From Actinomycetota bacterium (GTDB taxonomy: Bacteria; Actinomycetota; Acidimicrobiia; Spongiisociales; UBA4744), in the NCBI GenBank assembly GCA_013152275.1, contig JAADGS010000021.1, positions 1 through 58,197 on the forward strand: a DNA stretch of 58,197 nt, given 5' to 3'. Made by a program: the position numbers and the translations under genes. Positions within the stretch are counted from its first letter, which is position 1, and every line of letters starts with the position of its first letter. Below, piece by piece: positions 1 through 10,401 of this stretch. The notes below the pieces were generated by a model that saw only the letters and a list, made by a program, of their open reading frames with translations, did not search any database and was not told the origin of the DNA.

Positions 1-691
1 CGACATCGACATCCTCGAACCCGCCGACCTGCACGAAGTCGTCGAAGAAGCCGTCACCGCCATCGAAGAACCCGACGCCCACATTCTCGAACCCACCGAC
101 CTGCACGAAGTCGTCGAAGAGGCCATCACCGCCATCGAAGAACCCGACATCGACATCCTCGAACCCGCCGACCTGCACGAAGTCGTCGAAGAAGCCATCA
201 CCGCCATCGAAGAACCCGACATCGACATCCTCGAACCCACCGACCAACCCGAAGAACCCGACACCGAGATCCTCGAACCGGTGATGCCCGAGGAGATCTC
301 AACGCTCGACGCTTCCGGCTCGGACGAAGGAACAACCACGATCGAGAGTGGCTCGGTGAAGTGGGGAGCCGGATGGCAGGATGCCGCTCAAGGATGGGTC
401 CAAAAAGAGGGCGGGCGCTCCACATGGCGCCCCATCATCACGACGACCCCGGAGGTCGGCACCTGGGAGATCGACACGTTCCTCGGCATCGTCGCGGGTG
501 AGGCAACACTCTCCGACGTGGAGCACGATCTTCCCGCCACCAGAAACCGTGCGATTCAGTCGATGGTCGATCAGGCACTCTCCCGGGGAGCGCACGCGGT
601 GGTCGGAGTCAGAACCGAGATTCAGGAACTCGGCGGAATCATCCTCGTCGGCGCGATCGGAACGGCCGTCACGCTCAAGAGTCCGACGTAG
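1..691 (+). CDS. 5'-partial protein with acidic 24-aa tandem repeats and a C-terminal YbjQ/UPF0145 (putative heavy-metal-binding) domain
   Basis: Frame is open from base 2 into the 281..691 ORF. The C-terminus (IITTTPEVGTWEIDTFLGIVAGE...AIQSMVDQALSRGAHAVVGVR...VGAIGTAV) resembles the YbjQ family. Confidence 0.75.
   Translation, partial: DIDILEPADLHEVVEEAVTAIEEPDAHILEPTDLHEVVEEAITAIEEPDIDILEPADLHEVVEEAITAIEEPDIDILEPTDQPEEPDTEILEPVMPEEISTLDASGSDEGTTTIESGSVKWGAGWQDAAQGWVQKEGGRSTWRPIITTTPEVGTWEIDTFLGIVAGEATLSDVEHDLPATRNRAIQSMVDQALSRGAHAVVGVRTEIQELGGIILVGAIGTAVTLKSPT
2..245 (+). repeat. 72-bp coding tandem repeat, about 3.4 copies (DIDILEPADLHEVVEEAI/VTAIEEP)
   Basis: Units at 2-73, 74-145, 146-217 and a partial copy from 218, read directly. 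Confidence 0.95.
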
Positions 692-1448
692 CCAACTCGA
701 AGTCTCCCGAAACGGATTTACATCGGATCCGAACGCGGATCTTGTCTCCCCCGACCTGGCCGGGTCCCGGCGATGAAGGCAGCTTGATGCGTCCCGACAG
801 GCTGCGAAGATCAACGTCGACGCTGCGCCCAGGCGGGATCCGAACGGTGGTGTCGCCGGATACCGTGCTCGCGACGATGTCGGATCCAAGGTACCGCGCG
901 ACGCTGATATCTCCCGATATGGACCGCAGCACGAGATCCCCACGAGCCTCGTCGATGTCGATATCACCCGACGCCGTGTTGATGGTCGCATCTCCGTGAA
1001 CGGTCCGAATCCGGATGTCTCCGGATGCCGTGTCGAGTTTGCTCTTCCCCTCGATCGTGGCGATTTCGACGTCTCCCGATGCCGTCTTGACGAGGACTTC
1101 TCGCCGTACTGTGCCCACGCGCAGGTCGCCGGAGGCCGCCGAGATGTTCAGATCTTCGAGCGGCGCTCCGACATCGAGATCGGCCGAGGCCAGCGATGCA
1201 ACGACCCCAGCCCCGGAAGGAACCGAGAACGTCACTTCCAGCGAGCCCCGGACAAAGCGACCCTGTTCCTGACGGACGCTCACGAGTTCGCCTGCCTGGT
1301 CGATGATGACCGAATCCGCCGATCGACCCCGAACATCCACATCGATCCTCCCGGCCTCACCGGAGATGACACGCACACTGCCCGACCCAAGTCGAATCGA
1401 GATTCTGGGCCGCTCTCCCACGTCGAAGGACTCGTGCCGAGCGCTCAT
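675..1448 (-). CDS. DUF4097 family beta-strand repeat protein
   Basis: Repeated T/SASGD motifs; ATGA-type overlap with the upstream RHH gene. Confidence 0.85.
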   Translation of the reverse strand: MSARHESFDVGERPRISIRLGSGSVRVISGEAGRIDVDVRGRSADSVIIDQAGELVSVRQEQGRFVRGSLEVTFSVPSGAGVVASLASADLDVGAPLEDLNISAASGDLRVGTVRREVLVKTASGDVEIATIEGKSKLDTASGDIRIRTVHGDATINTASGDIDIDEARGDLVLRSISGDISVARYLGSDIVASTVSGDTTVRIPPGRSVDVDLRSLSGRIKLPSSPGPGQVGGDKIRVRIRCKSVSGDFELATSDS

Positions 1449-1894
1449 AGCTCCACCGTCCCGGAGATCCGCCTGCCCTTGCCGCCATGGCGCACGCGCA
1501 CTCTCGATGACAGCGTCTTTACAACCCAGGAGTTCACCGAATCTCCTGTGTCGGCAGCGGCATCCTCGATCAGTTCCTTGACGGTGTCGGGAAGACGCAG
1601 CGTGAGCCGTGCCTCGTACGACCCCGGTGCGACTTCGCCGCCCGGGTCGAAAGCCCGCACGCGGAGTTCGGGTTCGCCGTCGGATATCACGACTTCGACC
1701 TCGTGGTCGGGAAGCTGGGCCGAGACCTCGTTCGCCGCCTGCTGGGCGAGGTCGACGACGATCTGGCGCACGGTCGCGTCCAACACTTCGAGCATGGCCT
1801 CGGCCGCCGCCGCCACGGCGGCATCGTCACCGGAGAGGCCGACCTGGCGCATGATGGCTTCTTCGAGCTTGGAAAGGGCAAGGAAACTCTGCAT
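1445..1894 (-). CDS. HicB-like ribbon-helix-helix regulator (actinobacterial family paired with DUF4097)
   Basis: C-terminal ARLTLRLPDTVKELIEDAAADTGDSVNSWV RHH motif; gene pairing typical of Actinobacteria. Confidence 0.8.
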   Translation of the reverse strand: MQSFLALSKLEEAIMRQVGLSGDDAAVAAAAEAMLEVLDATVRQIVVDLAQQAANEVSAQLPDHEVEVVISDGEPELRVRAFDPGGEVAPGSYEARLTLRLPDTVKELIEDAAADTGDSVNSWVVKTLSSRVRVRHGGKGRRISGTVEL

Positions 1895-1935
1895 GACATC
1901 ATTATGGTGTCATATCGACGTCATGCTGTCAATCA
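1892..1935 (-). promoter_or_regulatory. Leaderless promoter (CATAAT) overlapped by repeated TGAC-type boxes; probable autoregulatory operator
   Basis: Minus strand reads TTGACAGC-ATGACGTC-GAT-ATGACACC-ATA-ATGATGTC-ATG; CATAAT lies 6 nt before the ATG. Confidence 0.55.
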
Positions 1936-1950
1936 TTCAGTCGGGATAGT

Positions 1951-3783
1951 TCATTCCGAACGGCCGACCGCCGCCGAAAGTCCGGGCAATCTCTCGTAGA
2001 GTGTCGATCGCCGTGATGGCACCCTGTCCGCGGATCGAATCAGGTCCTCGAACTGTGCCACGGTCATCTCCTGGCCGTGAGAAGCGCCTGCCGATCTCGT
2101 GATGGCCTCGCCCATGAGGGTCCCGCCCAGGTCGTTACAGCCGGCGGCCAGGAGTCGACGTGCTCCATCCAGTCCGAGCTTGACCCATGACGCCTGGATG
2201 TTCGGTATCAGGCCATCGAAGGCAATCCGAGCGACGGCGTGCATGAGAACGACCTCATCCCACGTCGGTCCCATCCTCGAGTTCCCCTGCAGGTGGATCG
2301 GCGCCCCCATGTGTACGAATGGCAGAGGCACGAACTCGGTGAACCCGCCGGTCCGCCGCTGGATGATCCGCAAGACCTCGAGGTGATCGGCCCATGCCGC
2401 GGGATCATCGATGTGCCCGAACATGACGGTTGCGGTGGACCGAAGGCCAAGCTCGTGAGCAGTCATCATCACGTCTGCCCACTCGGCCGTCGTGATCTTG
2501 TCCGGACAGAGATGGACGCGCACGCGATCGTCGAGGATCTCGGCCGCAGTGCCGGGCAACGATCCGAGTCCGGCATCACGAAGTCGCTTCAGGTAGTCAC
2601 GAACCGAGATACCCAAGGTCTCGGCACCCTGCCAGACTTCGAGCGGCGTGAACCCATGGATGTGCATCCCCGGCAAGACGGCTTTGATCTCCCCGATCAG
2701 TTCGAGATAGAAGTCGCCGGTGAAGCCCGGGTGGATGCCTCCCTGGAGACACACTTCGGTGGCGCCCTGATCCGAGGCCTCCGACGCCATCCGGACGACA
2801 TCTTCGACACTCATCAGATACGGCGTGCCACGCAGATCGAGACTCCGCGGACCTTTCGAGAACGCGCAGAACCGGCACTTGTACGTGCACACGTTCGTGT
2901 AGTTGATATTCCGGTTGACGATGTAGGTGACCGTCTTCCCAACGGCCTCCGCCCTCAGATGATCGGCGGTCCAGGCAATCGCCTCGACCGCCTTCCCCCG
3001 CGCCCGGAAGAGCGTTTCGATCTCGTCGCGGGTCGGCGGGCTGCCGGCCAGGGAACGGCTCAGGATGTGTTGCACCTCCGGTGTCGCCCCCCCGATCGGG
3101 TCCGACACGACGGCCGTCACCCATGCGGAATCGCCCCATTCCGCCGAGATGCGCCCGGGAGGGGCCGGGATCGGCATGTCTTTTCCGGGAGCCCATCCGT
3201 CACGGGGGCGAACGGCCCCCATTCCGTCCACGAGCCGAAGGTAGGTCGTCCACGTCGGACCTGTGAACGCTGAGCGGACGTCATCGAGGACGATGCCCAG
3301 AGGAAGCGCCGTGCGCTCGATGAGGGGCACCTCGAGGGCGTCACGCAGCCGGCCGATGTGCCGATCGTCCCAGCCGTCGAGCAGCAGGTCGGTTGCGCCG
3401 CCCTGTACACAGGCGAGTGCCTCGTCCACGTCGGAAGCCGATACCGACACGTCGGCCTCGACACCGGGCAGCGACGTCAGCGTTACGGCCTCCATCGGCC
3501 GATCGGACCTGAGGAAACGTGCTCCGCTGCGCACCAGCGCATCCAGGACCGCGGTCCTTCGCCCTTCGTGCAGGACGGTGATGCGCCATCCTGCGACGCC
3601 CCGCACGAGGGCCGTCTCGTCGGCAGTGAGGACCCATGCCGCCGGATCCCCCTCCCCGAGGCCCACCGACACGGAGAGAAGCCCCGCATCGGTCGCCACC
3701 CGGATGTCCTCGGCAGAAGCCCGCGACAGCTCGGTGGTCACCGCATCCGGATCCGAGAGTCTGCAGAACGTAACGGGTCTCAT
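1951..3783 (-). CDS. cofH: FO synthase subunit CofH (radical SAM) with a long N-terminal extension
   Basis: NRNINYTNVCTYKCRFCAF motif, GSLPGTAAEILDD, NIQASWVK, NDLGGTLM. The ATG at 3783 overlaps the cofG stop. Confidence 0.85.
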   Translation of the reverse strand: MRPVTFCRLSDPDAVTTELSRASAEDIRVATDAGLLSVSVGLGEGDPAAWVLTADETALVRGVAGWRITVLHEGRRTAVLDALVRSGARFLRSDRPMEAVTLTSLPGVEADVSVSASDVDEALACVQGGATDLLLDGWDDRHIGRLRDALEVPLIERTALPLGIVLDDVRSAFTGPTWTTYLRLVDGMGAVRPRDGWAPGKDMPIPAPPGRISAEWGDSAWVTAVVSDPIGGATPEVQHILSRSLAGSPPTRDEIETLFRARGKAVEAIAWTADHLRAEAVGKTVTYIVNRNINYTNVCTYKCRFCAFSKGPRSLDLRGTPYLMSVEDVVRMASEASDQGATEVCLQGGIHPGFTGDFYLELIGEIKAVLPGMHIHGFTPLEVWQGAETLGISVRDYLKRLRDAGLGSLPGTAAEILDDRVRVHLCPDKITTAEWADVMMTAHELGLRSTATVMFGHIDDPAAWADHLEVLRIIQRRTGGFTEFVPLPFVHMGAPIHLQGNSRMGPTWDEVVLMHAVARIAFDGLIPNIQASWVKLGLDGARRLLAAGCNDLGGTLMGEAITRSAGASHGQEMTVAQFEDLIRSADRVPSRRSTLYERLPGLSAAVGRSE

Positions 3784-4928
3784 GCGGCTGCATCCACCAA
3801 CGCGAACCCGGAGGCGTCGATCACCGCTCTGACACGCACCAGCAGGGCCGGATCGATCCACCGCGCATCGATGAACTCGGGATACACCGGCAGTCTCGCT
3901 CGCAAGTGGAAACCGGCCGCTTCGGTCCGATTCTCCAGTTCGTCCAGATGAGGCCACGGCTGCCCGGGGTTGACCCAATCGATCGTTACCGGTGAAACGC
4001 CACCCCAATCGTTGACACCGGCATCGAGATAGGCCTCGAATCGATCGGTCAGATTGGGCGGGACCTGGATGTTCATCTCCGCTCCGAAAATCCATCTGGC
4101 GAGCGCCGCGACCGTCGATACCAGCTCGGGCGTCGGTTCTGGACTGTACCGCATCGGCGTATCGGCCTTCGCACGGAAGTTCTGCACGATGATCTCTTGA
4201 ACGTTGTGATGGCGGGCGTGCAGGGCTGCAAGGAAGAACAGACTGTCGATGATCTCTTCGGGCATCTCGCCGATTCCGACCAGAACGCCGGTGGTGAATG
4301 GCACCTTGACCCGGCCTGCCGCCTCGATGGTCTCGACTCTGACGACCGGATCCTTGTCGGGACTGCCGAAATGCGGCATGCCGGTTCCCATCAACCGCGA
4401 AGAGATGTTCTCGAGCATCAGCCCCATCGACACGTTGCTGGAGCGCAACGCCTCGATGGCGCTCTCGTCCATCACTCCAGGATTCGCATGGGGAAACAGC
4501 GATGTCTCGGCCAAGATCTGCTCCGACACTCGTTGTACGTACTCGAGCGTGGAGGCACACCCCTGCCGATCCAGGAACGATCGGGCTTCCCCCCATCTCT
4601 CCTCTGGACGATCCCCCAGGGTGAGCAGCGCCTCGGTACACCCATGGCGCTCCCCGACCTTCGCCACCGCCAGGACTTCTTCCGGCGTCATGTACTCGCC
4701 ACCGGCACCGGGGGGCTTGGCGAACGTGCAATAGGTGCAGCGATCCCTGCAGAGGGTCGTCACGGGAATGAACACCTTACGACTGTACGTGATCGTCCTA
4801 CCCTTGCCGGCGTCGCGCAGCCTGCGCGCTTCACGACGGAGCGGCTCCACGGAACGGCGTCCGGTGAGGTAGTCCAGCGCCAGGTTCGGATCGGGAGCAG
4901 GATGCCGCATGGCCAGCAACGCTATCAC
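3780..4928 (-). CDS. cofG: FO synthase subunit CofG (radical SAM)
   Basis: ITYSRKVFIPVTTLCRDRCTYCTF, LFPHANPGVM, IQVPPNL, DWGGVSPVTIDWVNP. Start may be at 4910. Confidence 0.9.
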   Translation of the reverse strand: MIALLAMRHPAPDPNLALDYLTGRRSVEPLRREARRLRDAGKGRTITYSRKVFIPVTTLCRDRCTYCTFAKPPGAGGEYMTPEEVLAVAKVGERHGCTEALLTLGDRPEERWGEARSFLDRQGCASTLEYVQRVSEQILAETSLFPHANPGVMDESAIEALRSSNVSMGLMLENISSRLMGTGMPHFGSPDKDPVVRVETIEAAGRVKVPFTTGVLVGIGEMPEEIIDSLFFLAALHARHHNVQEIIVQNFRAKADTPMRYSPEPTPELVSTVAALARWIFGAEMNIQVPPNLTDRFEAYLDAGVNDWGGVSPVTIDWVNPGQPWPHLDELENRTEAAGFHLRARLPVYPEFIDARWIDPALLVRVRAVIDASGFALVDAAA

Positions 4929-4968
4929 GTGCAGCAGTCAACTCACACCCTTGGCACGAGTAGCATGA

Positions 4969-6024
<1,056 letters not shown>

Positions 6025-6033
6025 CCAACCGCT

Positions 6034-6072
6034 GCTGCGACATCGCGAAGCGGGGCTTCGCGATGTCGCAGC
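6034..6072 (+). terminator. Perfect 18-bp inverted repeat after gap; probable terminator
   Basis: GCTGCGACATCGCGAAGC-GGG-GCTTCGCGATGTCGCAGC. Confidence 0.65.
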
Positions 6073-6084
6073 TACCCTTGCCGT

Positions 6085-6945
6085 GTGCGCAGACTCATCG
6101 TGTTCGCGGCCATTTCGCTGATGGCATCGGCCTGTGTCTCCTCCCCCGGAAACACNNNNNCCACGACACCCACGACGCCCACAACGGCCACCACCTCCTC
6201 GTCGGCGCCGTCGACCACATCGACCACGCGAGCGTCGTCGTGTGGAAGCGGGGAGACGTTCTCCGAAGACGGTGAGTTCTTCTCCCTGGACGTTCAAGAC
6301 GGAGATGCCACGCGCATCTCCGGTTTGAACGGCGTCCAGGATCAAGGATGCGAGCGGTTCATCATCAGCCTTGCGACCGATGCGGGAGCACCGGCCACTT
6401 CGGTCGGTCGCACACGAGTGGTGTTCCTACGAGACCTCGGCATCGTACGAGTGTTCCTTCCCGACGTCACCGACACGAACATCACCGACGGTGTCTTCGA
6501 ACTCCCGATCATCGACCGGGCGTACGTCGTGCGATCGGCCGACGGATCGCTGTACGTCGACGCACATCTCGGTGCTGCGGCCATGGCCCGCACCGTGGTG
6601 ACCGAATCGCCGGCACGGATCATCGTGGAGCTGGATCCGGGCGGTCCCCCTCTCCCGCCCGTTGCGCCGCGCAGCGATCTGGTCGTCGTGCTCACGCCCA
6701 GGGAGGGCAATGCCGACTATCCACTCATCGTCACCGGTTACTCCCGAACATTCGAAGCCAACGTGGTTGTGCGCCTCACCAAGGCACGGGTCGTCGCAGA
6801 GGAACGTGTCACTACCGCAACCGACTACCTGAGCGCCTGGGGAGAGTTCACGGTGACGTTCGAGACGGGTCCCCAAGGCGAGCTGCAACTCACCGTCGGG
6901 GACGGCGCCGACCAGGATGTGGCGATCAATCTGGTTCTGAACTGA
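6085..6945 (+). CDS. Lipoprotein with Thr/Ser linker and C-terminal Gmad2 immunoglobulin-like domain (spans a 5-N gap)
   Basis: Lipobox LMASAC; YPLIVTGYSRTFEANV...WGEFTVTF resembles Gmad2; Ns at 6156-6160. Confidence 0.7.
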   Translation: MRRLIVFAAISLMASACVSSPGNXXXTTPTTPTTATTSSSAPSTTSTTRASSCGSGETFSEDGEFFSLDVQDGDATRISGLNGVQDQGCERFIISLATDAGAPATSVGRTRVVFLRDLGIVRVFLPDVTDTNITDGVFELPIIDRAYVVRSADGSLYVDAHLGAAAMARTVVTESPARIIVELDPGGPPLPPVAPRSDLVVVLTPREGNADYPLIVTGYSRTFEANVVVRLTKARVVAEERVTTATDYLSAWGEFTVTFETGPQGELQLTVGDGADQDVAINLVLN

Positions 6946-7429
6946 ACAGGCCGTCGATCGGAACCACGGTGACGAATCCCGATTCCTGCCGAACCTCCGG
7001 GACGAGTTCGGCGACAAACGGGACCTCGACGGTCCGCTCACCGCTACGAATCAGAAGCCGGTCCTGCGCGTCTCCGACAATCACGCCTTCGATCGTCCCG
7101 AGAGGACGGCCCTGCGGATCTCGGACCTCGAGTCCCTCGAGATCCTCCGGCCAGAACTCCCCGTCCTCGAGCTCGCGTCGTTCGTCGGCGGCGATGAAGA
7201 GTATCGTGCCACGCAGTTCTTCGGCGGCGCTGCGGTCGGTGACCCCCTCGAACGCAACGATCATCCCGTCTTTGTGAACCCGAACACTGCGCACGGTCAG
7301 TGTGGTATCGGACTCCGTAGAGAACATGGCACGTCGGACGAACCGCCCCGGACTGTCCGACTCGGACACGACGACGACCTCGCCCCTGATCCCATGAGCC
7401 TTCAGAATCCGTCCGACGCGAACGTTCAA
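6926..7429 (-). CDS. rimM: Ribosome maturation factor RimM
   Basis: VGRILKAHGIRGEV, EFWPEDLEGL, VPFV; follows rpsP-khpA. Confidence 0.95.
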   Translation of the reverse strand: MNVRVGRILKAHGIRGEVVVVSESDSPGRFVRRAMFSTESDTTLTVRSVRVHKDGMIVAFEGVTDRSAAEELRGTILFIAADERRELEDGEFWPEDLEGLEVRDPQGRPLGTIEGVIVGDAQDRLLIRSGERTVEVPFVAELVPEVRQESGFVTVVPIDGLFSSEPD

Positions 7430-7677
7430 TCGATGAACTCGACTCCTGCGTGGAGACCTTCCTCGTCACCGGCGGCCCGGGCGAGGGTCCGGACGGCTCG
7501 AGCGACGCGGCCACGGCGTCCAATCACACGACCCATGTCCGATTTCACGGTGCGGACCTCGACCACGACATCCTCAGGACCTTCCTCGACGAGTGTCAGA
7601 TCGACCTCGTCGGGATGGTCGACAATCTGCGTGACGACGTACCCGACAACGCGTTCGACGATAGAACCTCTACTCAT
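7426..7677 (-). CDS. khpA: KH-domain RNA-binding protein KhpA
   Basis: [17 protein letters not shown]; lies between rpsP and rimM. Confidence 0.92.
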   Translation of the reverse strand: MSRGSIVERVVGYVVTQIVDHPDEVDLTLVEEGPEDVVVEVRTVKSDMGRVIGRRGRVARAVRTLARAAGDEEGLHAGVEFID

Positions 7678-7967
7678 TCCTCATCTCCAACCGTGTGAAT
7701 CTCGCCCTTTGCCACCTTGAACATCGACCATGCGCCCGATTTTTCGAGGAGTCGCCGTACCGTGTCGGTCGGCTGCGCCCCGTTCCGGAGCCAGGCCAGT
7801 GCCTTCTCATTGTCGATCTCGATCAGGGACGGGTCCTGACGAGGATCATATCGACCGATGATCTCGAGGAAGCGCCCGTCGCGAGGCGACCGAACATCGG
7901 CAGCGACGACCCGGTAGGTCGGCTGCTTCTTCTTCCCCATCCGCATCAGGCGGAGCTTCACCGCCAT
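7674..7967 (-). CDS. rpsP: 30S ribosomal protein S16
   Basis: [33 protein letters not shown]. Confidence 0.98.
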   Translation of the reverse strand: MAVKLRLMRMGKKKQPTYRVVAADVRSPRDGRFLEIIGRYDPRQDPSLIEIDNEKALAWLRNGAQPTDTVRRLLEKSGAWSMFKVAKGEIHTVGDEE

Positions 7968-7971
7968 GTCG

Positions 7972-9288
7972 TCACCTCATCTTCCTCAGGCCGGGGATCG
8001 ACTTCCCCTGCGCCATCATCTTCATCATCTTCTGTGCTTCGTTGAATTGCTTCAACAGTCCGTTGACCGCCTGCGCCGACGATCCTGAACCGGCGGCTAT
8101 CCGCCGCTTGCGGCTCCCGTCGATCAGCTTGGGGCTCCGTCGCTCTTCCGGAGTCATGGAACGAATGATCGCCTCGACCCTGCCCAGGTCGTCATCCGAC
8201 ACCTGAACATTGCGGAACATCGAACCGGCGCCCGGCAGCATAGCAAGCAGTTGGTCGAGCGGACCTATCTGACGGATCTGTTGGAACTGTTGAAGGAAGT
8301 CTTCGAAGGTGAACGAAGCGGTGCGCAGCTTGTCCACCATCGCTTCGGCCTCGGATACGTCCCATGCGTCCTCGGCTTTCTCGATGAGTGTCAGCACATC
8401 TCCCATACCGAGGATTCGTGATGCCATCCTGTCCGGATGGAATGGCTCGAAGTCTCCGAGTTTCTCACCGACGCCGGCAAACTTGATCGGACACCCGGTG
8501 ACTTCACGCACGGAGATCGCCGCTCCACCCCTCGCATCGCCGTCGAGCTTCGACAGAACGATCCCGGTCAGCCCCACCCGGTCGAGGAATCCCTTTGCGA
8601 CGTTTACCGCATCCTGTCCGGTCATCGCGTCGACCACGAGCAGGACTTCGTCGGGGTCCGCCACCCTCTCGATGTCTTCGAGCTCGCTCATGAGTTCCCG
8701 GTCGATCTGGAGACGGCCTGCCGTATCGACGATCACAACGTCGGCGCCATCACTGGTTGCCCGTTTCAGTGCCGCCTTGACCACTTTGGGTGGCTTGGCT
8801 TTGCGATTCGTGGAAACGGGCACGCCGATGCGCTCGCCCAGCGTGATGAGCTGCTCGATGGCCGCCGGCCGCTGAAGGTCGGCTGCCACGAGCAGCGGTC
8901 GTCGGCCTTGCTGCTTGAGGAGGCGTGCCAATTTCGCCGCGGAGGTTGTTTTTCCGGATCCCTGGAGGCCGACCATGAGAATCGTCAGGGGTGGCCTATC
9001 GGCCTTCCGCAAGGGTACCGCCGCGCCGCCGAGCGTCGTGATCAGTTCCTCATGGACGATCTTGATGACGTGCTGGCCGGGGGTGAGGCTCTTGCTGGTC
9101 TCCGCACCGACCGCCCGGACGCGTACCCGCGCGAGTAGTGCTTTGACCACCGTGACGTTGACATCTGCCTCGAGCAACGCGAGGCGAATCTCACGCAGGG
9201 TCGCATCGACGTCTGCCGGACCGAGCCGACCTTTTCCGCGTAGCCGGGAGAAGACGTCGTTCAGGCGGTTGGAAAGGGATTCGAACAC
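7972..9288 (-). CDS. ffh: Signal recognition particle protein Ffh
   Basis: [37 protein letters not shown] domain. Confidence 0.98.
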   Translation of the reverse strand: MFESLSNRLNDVFSRLRGKGRLGPADVDATLREIRLALLEADVNVTVVKALLARVRVRAVGAETSKSLTPGQHVIKIVHEELITTLGGAAVPLRKADRPPLTILMVGLQGSGKTTSAAKLARLLKQQGRRPLLVAADLQRPAAIEQLITLGERIGVPVSTNRKAKPPKVVKAALKRATSDGADVVIVDTAGRLQIDRELMSELEDIERVADPDEVLLVVDAMTGQDAVNVAKGFLDRVGLTGIVLSKLDGDARGGAAISVREVTGCPIKFAGVGEKLGDFEPFHPDRMASRILGMGDVLTLIEKAEDAWDVSEAEAMVDKLRTASFTFEDFLQQFQQIRQIGPLDQLLAMLPGAGSMFRNVQVSDDDLGRVEAIIRSMTPEERRSPKLIDGSRKRRIAAGSGSSAQAVNGLLKQFNEAQKMMKMMAQGKSIPGLRKMR

Positions 9289-9490
9289 GAGCGGATTCTA
9301 CCGGGGCCGGTCAAACAGCAGGAGTCGAACGTGCACCGAACCGTGAGGCCAAGGAGAAACACCCCGAGCGCGGCACCGAACGGAGCTGCGGCCACCACGG
9401 GCGAGCAGGATCTTCCAGCCCCGCTTCGGGTCGATGAGCACCGCTCCCGGGCGCGAGTAGCCTACGAGCAGTCATCCGGAAGGAACCTCT

Positions 9491-10111
9491 GTGAGCCTCA
9501 CGATCGTCCAACACCCCCTCACACTGCACTACCTCACCGTCCTACGCGATCGCAGCACGTCCACCGAGCGCTTCCGGGAGACCACCCGACGCCTCGCCTA
9601 CACGCTCCTGATCGAGGCCACCACCGACATCCCACTCCGCGAGATCCCCGTCGAGACGCCGCTCGAGGAGACGATCGGGCACCGGCTGGATCGCGCCATC
9701 GTCGCCGTGGCCGTCCTCCGAGCAGGGCTCGGACTCCTCGATGCCGTCCTCGACCTCCTTCCGGCGGTCAGGGTGGGCTATGCGGGCGTTCAGCGGGACG
9801 AAGAGACTGCAGAGCCCTTGGAGTACTACACGAAATTCCCGGACCTCGCGAACACCAACGTCCTGATCCTGGAACCCATGCTCGCGACCGGCGGATCGCT
9901 GTCGTGGGCGGTGGACAAGGTCAAGGAACACGGTGCGAGAAACATCACGGCCCTCTGTGTCGTCACGGCTCCCGCCGGTGTGGAACGCATGGAACGCGAT
10001 CATCCCGACGTGCACATCGTGGCGGCGTCGCTGGATCGAGACCTCAGTTCCAGCTACTTCATCCAGCCGGGTCTCGGCGACATGGGCGACCGTCTCTTCG
10101 GGACGCTGTGA
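9491..10111 (+). CDS. upp: Uracil phosphoribosyltransferase
   Basis: VLRAGLG, EPMLATGGS, PGLGDMGDRLFGT. Confidence 0.97.
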   Translation: MSLTIVQHPLTLHYLTVLRDRSTSTERFRETTRRLAYTLLIEATTDIPLREIPVETPLEETIGHRLDRAIVAVAVLRAGLGLLDAVLDLLPAVRVGYAGVQRDEETAEPLEYYTKFPDLANTNVLILEPMLATGGSLSWAVDKVKEHGARNITALCVVTAPAGVERMERDHPDVHIVAASLDRDLSSSYFIQPGLGDMGDRLFGTL

Positions 10112-10401
10112 TGTCCGGCTTCGCCGACCACGTCGCCGAGGCGCTCCAGAGCCTCACTCCAGGTGAGGTTGTCACCTACGGGGAGCTCGCCGCCCAGGTC
10201 GGCCACCCCGGCGCTGCGCGCGCTGTCGGCAACATCCTGAGCAACTCAACAGGTCTCCCGTGGTGGAGAGTGGTCACTTCGACCGGTCGGCTCACCCCCG
10301 GGCACCAGGCCGAGCAGACCCGCAAGCTCGAGGCGGAAGGAGTCACGGTTCGAGACGGACGTGTCGTGACCCACCCGGCGGACCGCGGAAGAATCGCATG
10401 A
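10111..10401 (+). CDS. Alkyltransferase-like (ATL/MGMT-family) DNA-binding protein
   Basis: VTYGELAAQVGHPGAARAVG and PWWRV, with Trp in place of the catalytic Cys. Confidence 0.88.
   Translation: MSGFADHVAEALQSLTPGEVVTYGELAAQVGHPGAARAVGNILSNSTGLPWWRVVTSTGRLTPGHQAEQTRKLEAEGVTVRDGRVVTHPADRGRIA

Noticed and set aside
2..245. 72-bp repeat as a CRISPR or non-coding repeat
   Set aside because: The unit length is a multiple of 3, there are no spacers, and the repeat is in frame with the downstream coding domain.
3784..4731. 926-aa CofH starting at 4731, as in the ORF track
   Set aside because: That extension overlaps cofG in another frame; the ATG at 3783 overlapping the cofG stop is the plausible start.
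6043..6063. TCGCGA pair after gap as another site of the RNA-array regulator
   Set aside because: The spacing is 15 bp, not 21, and both copies are arms of a perfect terminator-like inverted repeat.
6156..6160. Frameshift or phase variation in the lipoprotein gene
   Set aside because: It is an assembly gap (Ns) in a low-complexity Thr-rich linker; the true length is unknown.
9301..9490. Riboswitch or PyrR-type leader upstream of upp
   Set aside because: No recognisable aptamer or attenuator structure.
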